64,000 bases of DNA from Octopus sinensis (GCF_006345805.1 NC_042997.1:27590001-27654000), one strand, 5' to 3'; counted from the first letter of the stretch, positions 12,857 to 26,179 are shown. The notes: generated from the sequence alone by a model not told the origin. Numbers and translations are program-made.

Positions 12857-14101
12857 GGGGTTGGACAAAATGCTGGAAACTCATAGCATCATAATTTTGA
12901 AATATCTATAAAACCGTCAGAAGCTTCTTTATTTTTTTATTTATTATTAGTGTTTCTTAGTATGTTTTGCTTAAATTGCTGTTTTTTTTTTCAGTTATCA
13001 ATCAGAAAACGTAATTGAAATTCATTAAAATGACAGATCTATTGGACCTTCAAAGAGGTCATATTGTTGGTTTCGTATGGAAGCCACTAGCGTAACGAAA
13101 ACAGCCAAAATGCTTGGTGTATGAAGAACTGTCTCGAAAGTAATGACAGCTTTTGAAAAAAAAAAAACAAAAAAAAAAAAACGGAAGAAAACCAAAACTT
13201 TGAGATAGAGACCGTCGGACATTTACGCGAATTGTTAGGAAGGGTAACAAAAGTACAGCTTCCAAAATTACTTCAGAGCTTAGTAACCACATCGAGAACC
13301 CAGTTTCCATAAAAACAGTTCGCCGGGAGCTGCACAAAGCCGGATTTCACGGGAGGGCTGCAATCAGAAAATCACTACTTTCAAAAACAAACGCTGCAAA
13401 GCGTTTAGAGTGGAGTAAAAACTTACAGAATAGGTCTCTAGAGCAGTGAAAGAATGTTATTTTCTTGGACGAGTCATCCTTTACCTAATTTCCGACCACT
13501 GGCCGAGTATACGGTTGGAGAAAGCTAAAAGAATCAGTTGGCTCAAACTGCCTTCTTCCAGCTGTTAAACATGGAGGAGGATCTCTGATGATCTGCGTGA
13601 GGGGGTTGGATCTTGGAAATCTGCCGGCCCAATCGTTTCCCTTCGCGGCGGAATTAATAGTCAAGATTATTTAAGCATTTTATCTGATCAAATTCATCCT
13701 ATGGTTGCGGAACTGTTTCCGGAATGAAACGCAGTTTTTCAGGATGATAATGCACCAATTCCCACAGCTGAAATTGTTACTGAATGGCTGAGGAATATTC
13801 TAGTGAAGTTGAACGTCTTATCTGGCTACCACACTCCCTTGACCTCAATATTATTTAACGCTTATGGTGCATTTTAGAAAAAGATGTAAAGAGTCGATAT
13901 CCTCCAGCATTATCAAGTCTAAAACTGGAGACTGTTTTAGCTGAAAATGGACAAAAACTCCTTTGGAAACAATTCAGACTTTGTACGAGTCCATACCTCG
14001 TAGAATTCAAACTGTAATTACTGCGAAAGGTGGTCCTGCGCCATATTAAAATAAATATGTTTGAAATTTTAAAATATTTCCATTATTTTGCCCAAACCCT
14101 G
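12853..14101 (+). mobile_element. Tc1-like DNA transposon, decayed (unit A)
   Basis: TIRs agaggggttggacaaaa / ttttgcccaaaccctg. Transposase remnants visible across frames (VIFLDES-like, KHGGGS, FQDDNAPI, W.P.S.DLNII). Sits at a TA in a GATA tract. Confidence 0.85.
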
Positions 14102-14114
14102 TAGATAGATAGAT

Positions 14115-15203
14115 ATGTTTCTTTATTAGCCACACAGGGCTGCACACAGATAGAACAAATTACAAGGTAGAGCTTTTCTTTTGAAGGTTTAAAAAAAAAA
14201 AAAATAAAAAATAAAAAAAATAAAAAATAAGAAAAAAATAAAATAAAATAAAAATAAAATAAAAAAGGGGGGGTCGATCAAAAGGGATCGTAAAAGGAGA
14301 GAAAGAGGACAAAAAAAAAAGGGGGGTTAAAAAAAAGGGGGAGAGGAAAAAAATTGATCAATAGGGATCGTTATCACAGAAATGTCAATATGAAGTGTAA
14401 AGGGGGGGACAGGTGAGGTTTACCCGTGGAAAGAAAAGCCTACGGAAAAGACCACGGTAACCTCGGTCAATGAAGTCACATGTTATATTTCTTTTTTTTT
14501 TTTTTTTTTTGCAAATAAGCAACTCTCTGTATTAATTTTTACGGTTCATAGAATCATAGTCAAGGTGGCTTCGTCATTCATACGTGCCATCCTTGCTACA
14601 TTCACCCATCTTTTTTTAAAACATTCACTAGACAAAACTTGCCTCTCTACTCTCACTTTTTTCTTCAAGTGATACTTGAAGAAGTTGATGAGAGATTGAC
14701 CAGAGAGGAAAGTGTTTGTCTCTAATCCTTTCAGACGCGTCCACCAGATACATTCTTTCGCCATAGCCACAAGTATGATAAAAATAGCTCTTCCTTCCCG
14801 TTTGAAGGAAGGAGGCGTGACGATATTAACGATAGACTCGGCTGATAAACCGACACGTCCCACACGTGACAGCAGTCGTTCGACATAAGCCCACAGGTGG
14901 GAAATTGCTGGACACTGCACGATTGCGTGCAGAGCGGTTTCGTCGCTCTGCCCGCATCTCGGGCAGGTCGGCCCCGTGTTTCTCGAGCCATGCCTATAGA
15001 GCTTATCCCGAACGGGTAGCGCTTCTCGGTAGCACCGCCAGGCCAGGGATCTCTGGAAGTTGTCCATAGGTCCCGGGCCGAAAGTCGTTTGAAACAGGCG
15101 GGTCAGGTATTCCTCGTCGACGCCCAGGTTTGCCCCGAGCTCGTCGTCGTACCTCCCCTCCACTAATCCCCTATAGAATGCTTTGGTTGTGTTGAAGTCA
15201 CTC
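14115..15203 (-). mobile_element. Tx1/L1-clade non-LTR retrotransposon, 5'-truncated
   Basis: ORF 14546-15200 with [18 protein letters not shown] zinc knuckle. Flanked by (GATA)n on both sides. Confidence 0.9.
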
Positions 15204-15286
<83 letters not shown>

Positions 15287-15310
15287 CAGACAGATAGATA
15301 GAAGACAGAC

Positions 15311-15370
<60 letters not shown>

Positions 15371-15690
15371 TAAATGATTCATAAAATAGGCATGAGAAAT
15401 AATAAGGTATATTAAAAACAGAATGGGAAACTACGTAACACAATATTTTACTAAGTTCGCCTGTATTAAGACAACTGACACCGTACAACATTTGATTAAC
15501 AGGTAAAAGAGGAAACAAATTATAAGCTATATCCTGGTTACTTCAGACGTTCTCCGAGTTATGTAGGGCGTGATTAATTTGAAAATAGAAAAACCTTCAC
15601 TTTACTGGAGGTAAAATTTTCCGTAATTTTAGTTAGTTCCTCCCATTTATATTTATAATTTCTTTTGTTTTGCTTAAGCTTTATTACATA

Positions 15691-15726
15691 TGGTAATTCC
15701 ACTGCGTCAAATATTATATATATAAG
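15691..15726 (+). promoter_or_regulatory. Candidate IL-17 A core promoter: kappaB-like TGGTAATTCC plus TATATAAG box
   Basis: About 140-170 bp upstream of the ATG and conserved at the same spacing in unit B (45503-45538). The TATA call is moderate; the kappaB call is a near-consensus match only. Confidence 0.5.
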
Positions 15727-15859
15727 AAACCTCAGAGTAGCTGGAATCATCACGAGCCAATATCATTTTAAAAAGATAACACGCACAAGCTTTGTTTGAT
15801 GATATATATATATATAATAATATTGTCGTTCTTTCCATTCCAAGTGACCAACCATTATA

Positions 15860-17764
15860 ATGAATACCACCAACGTAAGTAAACATACATTGTTAATATT
15901 AACTGTTACATTTATATCTTTAGTTTCGTTTCTATCTTTACTCTTGTTTCATTCATGTTAAAATTTACCTTTGTTCAAACGAGTGGATTCTTTTGCAGAA
16001 ATAACTTACTCTGATTGTTATTGTTATTATACTTTTGAGGCGTATTTTTAAGGCTTTAGTATATTGATCTAATTCTTTGCTTTCATACACACATATATAT
16101 ATTTATAAGTGACTTCGTATACTTTTACACATTTATTAATAACATGCAATTCATTGTTCCCAATTCTAATTTATCTAAAATTGCAGTCGAGTATGCGAGA
16201 GTGCGAATTTGGCTGGTGTTAAAGTAGAATTAGTGCGAATGTTTTAAAGAACCTCAAAACATAAGGATATGAAACGCATAATGTGCGTATTCATTTTTCT
16301 ATCTATTTAGTTATATATTGGTTAAAGTAAAGAACCCCTTTCGTCCTCACTGTCCATGGGATTTTTCCGAGAAGGTTCTTCAGCGAAGTATGAATCCTCT
16401 CACTGCATACCAGCTTCCCCTCACAATGCAATCGATGGTTTAAAGGGGAAAGGTAAATGCCCACACCGCTTGGCACCAGTGACATCGTACCTCATTTCTA
16501 CAGCTGAGGGGATTGGACCAATATCAAATATTGTGTTTTGCTCAAGAATGCAACACACAGCCCGGCCCGGAAATCGAACTGAGGACCTCGGTATTGTGAG
16601 TCCGATGCTCTAACCACTGAGCTATATATTTATATAGTTTATAGATGGGAATTATATATTCTCCGCATAGTTCACACTTCGGAGTGCTCAAGAGGTTTAT
16701 CCTTGAGCACGTAGAGCTGTAAATATAATGATAAGCTAATTAGTCATGTCGATATACAAAATAAAGTAATTACATTTCATACAAATAATGTATATATATC
16801 TATATATATAAAACTGTAGTTGTGTGAGTGTCTGTCCCCTTCGATTTAGATTCCTAACTACTCCCACATTTTGCGGTGCAGTTCAACCAAATTCGGGTAT
16901 CTTATGGTCGTGATTCATATCGAGCCCGTCTGAGTATTAGCGCGCGTCTACGATGAGTCTACGATTTTAAAAATAATTTAACATAATTTTTTATTCCATT
17001 TTAATGCATATTTTTCGTGTGTCGATGGCGGCGGAGTTGGCGTCCATGGTCACACCTGCATCTGTGTTGCTTCTCCCCCTTCTTCCCTCCCTCGTGAAGC
17101 TGTGGGGAAGGGAGTGTAAGGAAATCAACGTCGTAAAGCATTGTCAAGGAGACCAGCGTTCTTTTAGAACAACGACTTCATGGCTTGAAGACACCAAAAC
17201 AGAAATGGCTAAGAAAGCCCGAATTGGCATCTATAAGGGAAGTAACTCTCTAAAAATGCTTATATAGTTATTTCCCTTACAAACCCGAGCAACGCCGGGC
17301 GATACTGCTAGTGTTTATATACAAAAAGGTCCGAATTACACAGAATAGAAATGATATCAGCAATTAAAGTGGTTGAATAAGAGATTTACGAGACCAACTT
17401 CTGTTTCTGTGGGTGGGGGTGCGTTGTCCAAAATAATGATTGTTAACTTATTACATCGACGAATAATACTAGCCTCCGTCTTCAGTTTGTACTCTTAGAT
17501 TTTAGGCGATGACAGAAAGGATATTCAGGGCGGAATGATTTTCTGGAGAACTACGTGCGTTAGGAGGAGTTGTGAGGTATTTAATTAGAGAGTAGCGGGA
17601 GGAGGAGTAAATTTCAAGGTTAGAATTTAAAAAAGAGAATATTAGTGAGCAATAGTTGTAGAGGTGTAGGTGGGAGGAAAAGAGAAATGTTAATATAGCA
17701 GCAGCGTACTTTACATTCGATCTACACATTACGAGTGCCCTCTAATCTGTATATATATAAGGCA

Positions 17765-17803
<39 letters not shown>

Positions 17804-18936
17804 TTTTTTTAATTTATGCACATCCACAAATTAGCACGCATGCCGCTCAAATTTTAGGAGGACATTCGTCACGATCCTAGCTGTATTTTCGTCAAATTAT
17901 TTTCCCCCGAGACACCCGCGAATAGCGGTAAATTATTTTGAGCCATAACTTCTAAATTTTTACGATGGCGAAAGCTACCATTGGTTACAAAGCAAACATG
18001 AGTTAAGTCCCCTCCAAGCGACAGTGTAAAGAGAGGGAGGACGAGGGAGAGAGATAGAGAGAGATAGCAAACTTTTAAAATTTCGTCTTTTTACTGGCAA
18101 TAACAGACAGAGAGGTGTTGTTATGTATGTATGTATGTATGTATGTATGTATGTATGTATGTATGTATGTATGTATGCATGCATGTATGTATGTATGTAT
18201 GTATGTATGTATGTATGTATGTATGTGTGAATGGCTTCAGTTACACATACACACACACGAGCATGTATGCGTAAAAGACACATGTATGCAATATTTGTGT
18301 GTGTTGCGCGTATATATATACGGGCAACATAAACGATATTCTTCGTTTCTCCACAACTAATTTCCAAATTAGCTGAATCCCATGCTCTACTCATAGCGAT
18401 ATATAACTGGTCGTGCGTGAACATGGGAGAGAGCAGAGGTTACCAGAGCAAAAGACCTACCTGTTGACTGTAGACACGCTCCTTCGCAAACGATCAGCTA
18501 TTATTTTGTAAACAATGTTTCGAAACTGTTCAGGTTTTCGAAAGGAGAGGGGTCATAAAAACAAAAATATATATATAGTGTAATAGGCGTAAAACAACTT
18601 CCTCTAAACGAATATGACCCCAACAAAATGCGCGCTCGTGAAAGGGGGGTGAGGGGAGAGGCCTCGGAAAATTCACATCGTGAATTTCTGAAAGCGTCTG
18701 AGGATCTGACCCGGGCACCAAAACAAAAAAAAAATAGTGTAATATATGTGTAAAACAGCTTCTTCTGAACGAATATTACAAAGAAATGCGCGCTCGCGAA
18801 AGGGGGTGGGGGAGAGGACTCGGAAAATTCACATCTTCAGTCCATGGCCTTTAAACTATAGTGTTTGACCCGGGCCGGAAAAAAGGAAAAAATAGTATAA
18901 TTGGTGTAAAACAACTTCCTCTACACGATTATCAAG

Positions 18937-18973
<37 letters not shown>

Positions 18974-18981
18974 TCAAGTCC

Positions 18982-19022
<41 letters not shown>

Positions 19023-19860
19023 TCAGATAACAGGAAACCCAAAAATTGCAGAAATTCAAAAGATAGTGCTCTATATAATCTCATAAGTTTCGTTTTTTTC
19101 AGGTGTGGGTGATTGTGTGTGATTGTGAGTGTGCATGTGCGTGTGTATTTGTGTGTGAGTGTGTGTGCGTGTATAAGTGAGTTCCTTTGTGTATAAGTCT
19201 GTGAGTCGGTGCGTGTTTTTGTGAGAGAGAGAGAGAGAGTGAATTTATGTGTGCTATAGATGTAATATATTATTCTTGATTTGTTTTATTCATTTAGCTG
19301 TGGGCCATATTGAAATGTAATTACTCATCCTCACATAAACATTTTATATCACGCAGGTTCTCCTCCGGGTTGTGATCCTCCTCACCAACGGCGTATTGTT
19401 CATATCTTCGGCGTCAATTCCGACTCAATGTAAAATACCAAATGATTTGAAAGTCCAATATGAGAAACTATACAGCACAGCGAACGGCAATAACTTTTTT
19501 CTACCAGTTGAAATAACTCCAGCGGGAAGTGACCAACCAGCACTAACTGAACAGGATAAAATTTGCCCAACATCTTCCGTATCTAGTGATATCATTCGCG
19601 AGCGTTCAACCTGCCCATGGTACCTGAAAATTACCCACAATTCAACATATTTTCCTTCATCCCACACTGAAGTCGTGTGTCGCTGTACAGAGTGTCTGGA
19701 CTCCGACAGTAACCACCAATGTGTGATGGTGTATACTTCAATGACTGTCCTGAAACGCACAGCTGAATGTGTTCACGGACTGTACGTTTATAAACCAAGT
19801 GCCATCGATGTAGCCACAGCCTGTGTGTGCGCCCGGATAATCGATGTAATATCCGGATGA
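15860..19860 (+). CDS. IL17: Interleukin-17-like cytokine, copy A; join(15860..15874,19357..19860), about 172 aa
   Basis: Exon 1 ATGAATACCACCAAC|GTAAGT (MNTTN, phase 0). Acceptor tcacgcag|GTT is in frame with ORF 19372-19860. Hydrophobic signal peptide (VLLRVVILLTNGVLFISSA). IL-17 hallmarks RSTCPW, C-x-C-x2-C, and C-terminal V.TACVC cystine-knot cysteines. The exon join is inferred from phase and conservation in both units. Confidence 0.9.
16325..16622 (-). mobile_element. tRNA-derived SINE (family 4) in IL-17 A intron
   Basis: Minus-strand head TAGCTCAGTGGTTAGAGCATCGG...AGTTCGATTTCC followed by a non-tRNA body. Confidence 0.75.
16799..17311 (+). mobile_element. Non-autonomous Helitron-like element in IL-17 A intron
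   Basis: A|TCtatatatataaa start and cccgagcaacgccgggcgatactgCTAG|T end. Same family at 59040-59438 (-) and 63815-64000 (+). Confidence 0.8.
18325..18470 (-). pseudogene. Helitron/PIF1 helicase C-terminal remnant within an intronic insertion (about 17750-19060)
   Basis: FTHDQLYIAMSRA...TKNIVY matches the conserved FSHGQLYVALSR...TKNIVY end of Helitron RepHel helicases. Confidence 0.65.
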
Positions 19861-21914
19861 AATGACAACGATAGTCGTAATATCGGCCAACATCATCAAA
19901 CATTCAAATGTGTGTAACACAAGATTTTTTCACAATGTTATGAAAGTTTAAGTAAACCACTGTGTGGTTGTTATACGAAAGATGCACACACACACACAGA
20001 ATTATACAACCGTAAATAATTAAATGCGTGCTCTCACGCTATTCATTTCTTTCTCGCTGTCTCTCTTTGTTTGTATACATACACACAAACACACACAGAC
20101 AGACTCACACACATAGACACATACACACACACACACATACATACCCACATACAAATATAAATATATATGTGTATTGAAATACGCATATATTTACATGTAC
20201 ATAAGTATATATTTGAAAATACGTACATACATACATGCATACATACATACATACATACATACATACATACATACATGCATACATGCATACATACATACAT
20301 ACATACATACATACATACATACATACATACATACATACATACATACATACACACATTATTACATGCATATATTGGCAAAAACTAGTTTTGTTTCCTAAAT
20401 GTTGTTCAGACATATTTGTTGTAAATAATTTTGCCTTTTTTCTATTTTGTAAACACTGAAGGGAACTCTTATCTTATTTACTATCATATTTAACTCATCA
20501 TTAATATTTCTTTTTTTTTTTACCTAAACCTATATCAAGTTTCTTTTTATATAAATATTTGAAACTGATAAATGGTATTGAATATGTTTACATATACGTT
20601 ACATGTTCCTAACATTAAATACTCCGATCTCGATGGTTAATTCTCATTATAAGAACCGTCCATTCACACACATTCCAATGCACATGTTATCCTACTTTGC
20701 TAGCATTCTGTCGTATATATGAAAGCATAACTACGGAACATAATTGTAATAATGAACAACACTTCATTCCATTTCAGTAACTTTTCAAGAATGTAGATAG
20801 AACTTTCAAAAACGATAAATGCATAAATGTGAAGTAGTGCGTACCTAACTTTGTTTTGGTTTTGTATATCTGTGTACATGTAGCATATATATATATATAT
20901 ATATATGTGTATATAATCGGAGGACTACACCCGTTTCACAAATTTCTTCATGCATTAATTTTACTATGCAACAGTTTATACTTACATGCTTTCGTTCAAA
21001 TCATTGCTTATCCTTCTACAAATCAATTTTATATTCACAAATTAATTCATACAGAGAAGCTAACGTCCACGAAAACTTGACATGACACTTCCTTGTAATC
21101 GATGATCACGTGATCGGTAAGGGGAGATTACTGATAAGAGCAAGAATCTCAGAATCCATATCCATCTCATTTAGTTACTTAAACACTAGTACTCAGTTCA
21201 CCAGTACATTCTCACTAATAATAACGTTTGTGTAATATTTACATAAATATTTAATTCTAACCGTTATATAAATTTGAAAAACATTTTATCTATATTTTTG
21301 TATATATTTTAACATAGTTTCATATATGTGTGTGAGCGGATGTAGGCGTCAGTGTCTGTTTGTGTGTATGTGTATTTGCAGACACACAGATGCTCACACA
21401 CACATATATATGTATATGTCACTGTAACTGAAAAAAATAATTTTGTTTTTTAATATCTTATTTAATTTTTCCAATTTATATATATAGAATTATATTTATC
21501 ATCCATAGAATGATTGTAAAAGCGTTTAAATATATTTTTCTGTTGCTGTTCCATAATTCAAGACATGAAATATATATATTTTAATTTGTGTCATATGTTT
21601 ATTTTATTGTAAAAAAGTGGATCCTAATATCAATAAAAAATATATTTCATTACATAACGTGTCCTTTCTTTTGTTCATATTTTCATTCTCTGACCTGAAT
21701 AAAACCTGTAAATCTCCACTCACCGACTGCATGGACAGCTGAACACAAATAAATGCACTTATCCAGAATATATGCAATTAAATTTCCTGAAGCAGTTTTC
21801 CTCCTCCACAATGGAAGGAAGAGTACTTTTGATTTAATACTATCACCGTTTATACAGTTTGACCTCGTCTCTGCGACTATGAAACAGGCATATGAAGACC
21901 GTCTCATTTAATCC

Positions 21915-22320
21915 TCTTTTACTCTTTTACTTGTTTCAGTCATTTGACTGCGGCCATGCTGGAGCACCGCCTTTAGTCGAGCAAATCGACCCCAGGACTT
22001 ATTCTTTGTAAGCCCAGTACTTATTCTATCGGTCTTTTTTGCCGTACCGCTAAGTGACGGGGACGTAAACACACCAGCATCGGTTGTCAAGCAATGCTAC
22101 GGGGACAAATACAGACACACAAACATACACACACACATATATATATACATACATATATACGACGGGCTTCTTTCAGTTTCCGTCTACCAAATCCACTTAC
22201 AAGGCTTTGGTTGGCCCGAGGCTATATTAGAAGACACTTGCCCAAGGTGCCACGCAGTGGGACTGAACCCGGAACGATGTGGTTGGTTAGCAAGTTACTT
22301 ACCACACAGCCACTCCTGCG
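21915..22320 (-). mobile_element. tRNA-derived SINE (family 2)
   Basis: Reverse complement of 32684-33088, with (taaaagag)n tail. Absent at the paralogous positions (about 45 and about 50805). Confidence 0.85.
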
Positions 22321-23457
22321 CCTTAAATTTATACTCCAGGTATAAATTTAAATCTATTACTTCGCCAGTACGACACAGTATATATTCACCACTGATACGA
22401 ACGAACTGAGACAAGAATCGAAGAAGTACTCGACAAATCGTTTTCAATTTGCTTTACGTGTTACGATAACAACTACTTCAAGAGGTATACAAACATGAAA
22501 AATTTCAAATTCCACATTTTACAGATTACTTTTTCTCAGTATGATAAGGAATACCGTCATAATTTACATGTTACCTACTAACTAATGAATTCAGAATTTC
22601 AGATTTTATTTGACAACATGCAAAATTGGGAACATAAATAAGCATCAAAGAACCTTATGAAACACACCTAGAACTTAATAAAAGTTTAGCTCAAAGACTC
22701 AAACTGTTTTTGCAAACAAAACAATAAAATCCTTCGTAAACCAAATTCTATATGGAAATTAAACTCCGTAGTTGCGTGATATAAATCAAATACATAAGCA
22801 AGAAAATCACATGGCTGGAGAAAACGGAACACGGTTACTCCGGCCTTGGACTATAAGACCAATGTGTATCCAGAAGTCACTACCTTCGCAATTCGGGCAC
22901 TGGTTGAGCGTTGAAAGTGACGGCGAGAAGTTGCTCCGTTCCTGTTTTTATTGTGCCCCTGCAATGTGACAGAAGGATTGTCTGAAAGGGCGAGTAACTC
23001 TGACGGCGGTACATGAGATGTTCTTGTATGTAATTCGCTCGCTTTGTGTCTCACCTCACACCCAGCTTCCGCTAAAGGATCCACGAAACTATCTGCATGA
23101 AACAGCGGTCAAACCTCGAGCGAGGCGGCTACCGTAGGGAGTCTAAACCATGGTCACATTAGTCGATGACTCCCAGAACTTCTGTGAGCTAGAGTTTGTC
23201 ACCTTATGCGAGTAAGGAACGGATGCGATGGACGGTATGGGGGTTATATTAATAGCGCATAAATAAATCATAATAAACTTTAAAACATACTTATTTTCAT
23301 GTCAAATTAATTGCATGCCGATAAACTTAAACCCACATTTCCACTGATGGAAATACAGTAGCTACTTCAATGAGCTGTACAATTTAAAAATGAATTAATT
23401 TTTCATAGAGCCTCACAAAATTTTCACGATCGAATTCACTCACACAACAATAATTCA

Positions 23458-23682
23458 ACTGGCAGAAACGTTAGCACGGCGGGCGAAATGCGTAGCCGTA
23501 TTTCATCTGCCGTTACGTTCTGAGTTCAAATTCCGCCGAGGTCGACTTTGCCTTTCATCCTTTCGGGGTCGATTAAATAAGTACCAGTTACGCACTGGGG
23601 GCGATATAATCGACTTAATCCGTTTGTCTGTTCTTGTTTGTCTTCTCTGCGTTTCGCCCCTTGTGGGTAGTAAAGAAATAAA
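23458..23682 (+). mobile_element. SINE family 1
   Basis: Direct similarity to 2162-2393. Confidence 0.85.
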
Positions 23683-24599
23683 AATAATTCCTGTTTAAAG
23701 GGACACAACTCTTATTTCTCATCCTATTCATTTCCACTTGTTTCCTTTTAATATTTTTGATTTTGATTTTTTTAACTTTCGGTACTAAGTTTTTCTCCTT
23801 GTTTCTTGGTATTTCTCAGCTAACAGCTGCAATAGCGTTTCCGCTTCAACGCTCGCAATGTCAGAAGTATGGCTCACATTTAATTCTTGTACGTATTGAC
23901 CAATGTTTCACTCTCGTTGGATGGAGTATTTCTTATGAACCAACCAATAACAGATCAGTACAACATATATATTATATAAAATCCGTTCTGTCTGTCTGTG
24001 TATGTGTCTTCTAGGATCTCGGGCATCCTCCATCTGATCGCGCTCAAATTTGATATGTAGATACCGACAGAATCAGGGCGTGTATAAGTCTTGAAAAAAT
24101 TACAAAAATCGATTCCAGGTGAGAATGCGATCGATAAAGCCGTGGGAACTTGCATTTATACACGCAAGTACATCAGCTGTTGCGATCGATACTACGCGTA
24201 CGCGAGAAAAATGCACGTGCAGTTTGCGCAAAAAACGCCGGCTGGCTTGAAATAATGCCACAAAATGTAGTATATAGTCTTTTGCATATTTGTGAGAATA
24301 AAATCGTTTTTCCTTGGAATAGAAAAAAAAGTCTATCTTTATTTCTTCTTTTGCTGGTGTCTCAAATTTAGGTTAAATAGGTGTTTCTCAACGGGGAGGC
24401 CTATGGGACGGTCGGACAAATTTTTTTGAGAAAATTTGGTTAAAATGTTTGACAACGCAGCACCGTCCATTGGACGGGGTGCGTTTTGCTGGAGGGTATA
24501 TCAGCCGCAACATTGTGTTAACAACAAAGATGAAGAAAATATCTGTCGAATGTAAATAATGTAAATAATGTAAATGGTAAACGTTGACAGTTGCTCATT

Positions 24600-25783
24600 T
24601 TGCACCATTATTATATCTTGACAAGCTTTATTTTTTGTTAGAAAGCTGACGCAACTATTTCTTTATTCTACCTCATTTTGCACATTTGTGTTTATGGGTA
24701 AATAGAAAATTCGTACAGTTTTGAAATATGAGTTCTTTCTTGGAAATACAGCATCACAGACTACCCGGAATATTAGTGGAGTATTTCATTCTAATGTTAT
24801 TACACAACAGACAGCATCAAATTGGTTTGCAAAATTTCGTTCTGGTAACTTTCACCTCACCGATGTGCAACGCGGTCGACCAGAAATAAAAGTGAACAAT
24901 GGCGAACTGAAAGCCACCGTCGATTCAGATCCATCTCAAAGCGGCCGTAAATTATCGTTGTTTAGTGTTAGCAAGCAAACGATATTGACTCACCTCGTTC
25001 AAATCAGTAAAGTGAAAAAGTTGGATAAGTGGGTTCCACATGAACTCAATGAAAATCATAAAAAGCTACGTTTGGAAGCCTGTATTATGCTACTTTCTCG
25101 TCGTAAAAGTGAATCATTTTTTAATCGAATTGTAATTTGTGATGAGAAATGGATCCAATACAACAACCATAAACGTACAGCACTTTGACTGTACAAAGAC
25201 GAGCCATCAAAACACAATCGAAAAAGCAAAATTCATCAAAAGAAGCTGATGGTGCGTGTCTGGTTGGCTGGCTCAGGTGTGATCCATTATGATTTCATTA
25301 AACCTGGCTATATCAATCACGGCCGAAGAATACTGCAGCCAACTACACCGAATGATGCAGAAACTTACAAAAAACAGTCTAGATTAGCCAACAAATCCAA
25401 TCCTATTTTATTGCAAGACAACGCCAGACTACGCATCGGAGAAATGACGTTAGCGAAACCACAGGAGTTGGAGTTAAAGATTCTATATTGTCCACCATAC
25501 TCACCTGATCTTAGCCCCACTGACTACCACTTATTCCAGAATTTGGATAAACATCTTGATAGGAAAAAATTTTATTCCGACGATGCTGTAAAACAGGCCT
25601 TCCAAGAATTTATTGACTCTAGATTACTAGACTTTTACAGTTCTGGGTTGAAGCTACCGCTGAAATGGCAAAGGTGCATTCACAATATAGGTGCATACTT
25701 TGATGAATAAATCTATCTTTGCATTTATAGAACAATTGCAAATTTTTTTCTTTTCTACATATTTCATGCTTGACGACCTAATA
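24600..25783 (+). mobile_element. Mariner (DD34D) transposon, defective
   Basis: ORFs 24721-25188 and 25249-25710 carry WVPHEL, CDEKW, QDNAR and YSPDLSPTDY. There are stops and frameshifts. Right TIR-like end ...catgcttgacgacctaata; no matching left TIR found. Confidence 0.92.
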
Positions 25784-26060
25784 TTTTGATTCCGCTGATG
25801 CCAATTTTGCCGGTTATTCTTTCGGGGTCGATGTGTCAAATTCCAGTTAAGTACTGGTGTTGATGTGATTGGCTGATCACACCCCACAAAATCCAGGCCG
25901 TGGGAATTTAGTAGAAAAGATTATTATTATTGAGTGAGAGAGCAGTGAATTCCATCAGAGTGACACTGGGTGAAATATTCGAAGCCTAATACACCCGTCA
26001 TGACTACACTTCTGATAAGGAGACATGAGGCACATGCATCACAACCGTATGTGCGTCACA

Positions 26061-26119
<59 letters not shown>

Positions 26120-26121
26120 CA

Positions 26122-26178
<57 letters not shown>

Positions 26179-26179
26179 G

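Noticed and set aside
15423-15508. ATG...AACAG|GTAAAA as a first coding exon
   Set aside because: Phase 2 in unit A and interrupted by a stop in unit B.
17460-17700. Possible LINE fragment in the IL-17 A intron
   Set aside because: It has a purine-skewed coding-like texture but no diagnostic motif, so I left it unannotated.
19440-19570. Positive selection on the IL-17 N-terminal region (11 of about 23 A/B substitutions fall here)
   Set aside because: A hand count also finds about 7 synonymous changes in the same stretch, so dN/dS above 1 is not evident. This needs codeml on the whole cluster.
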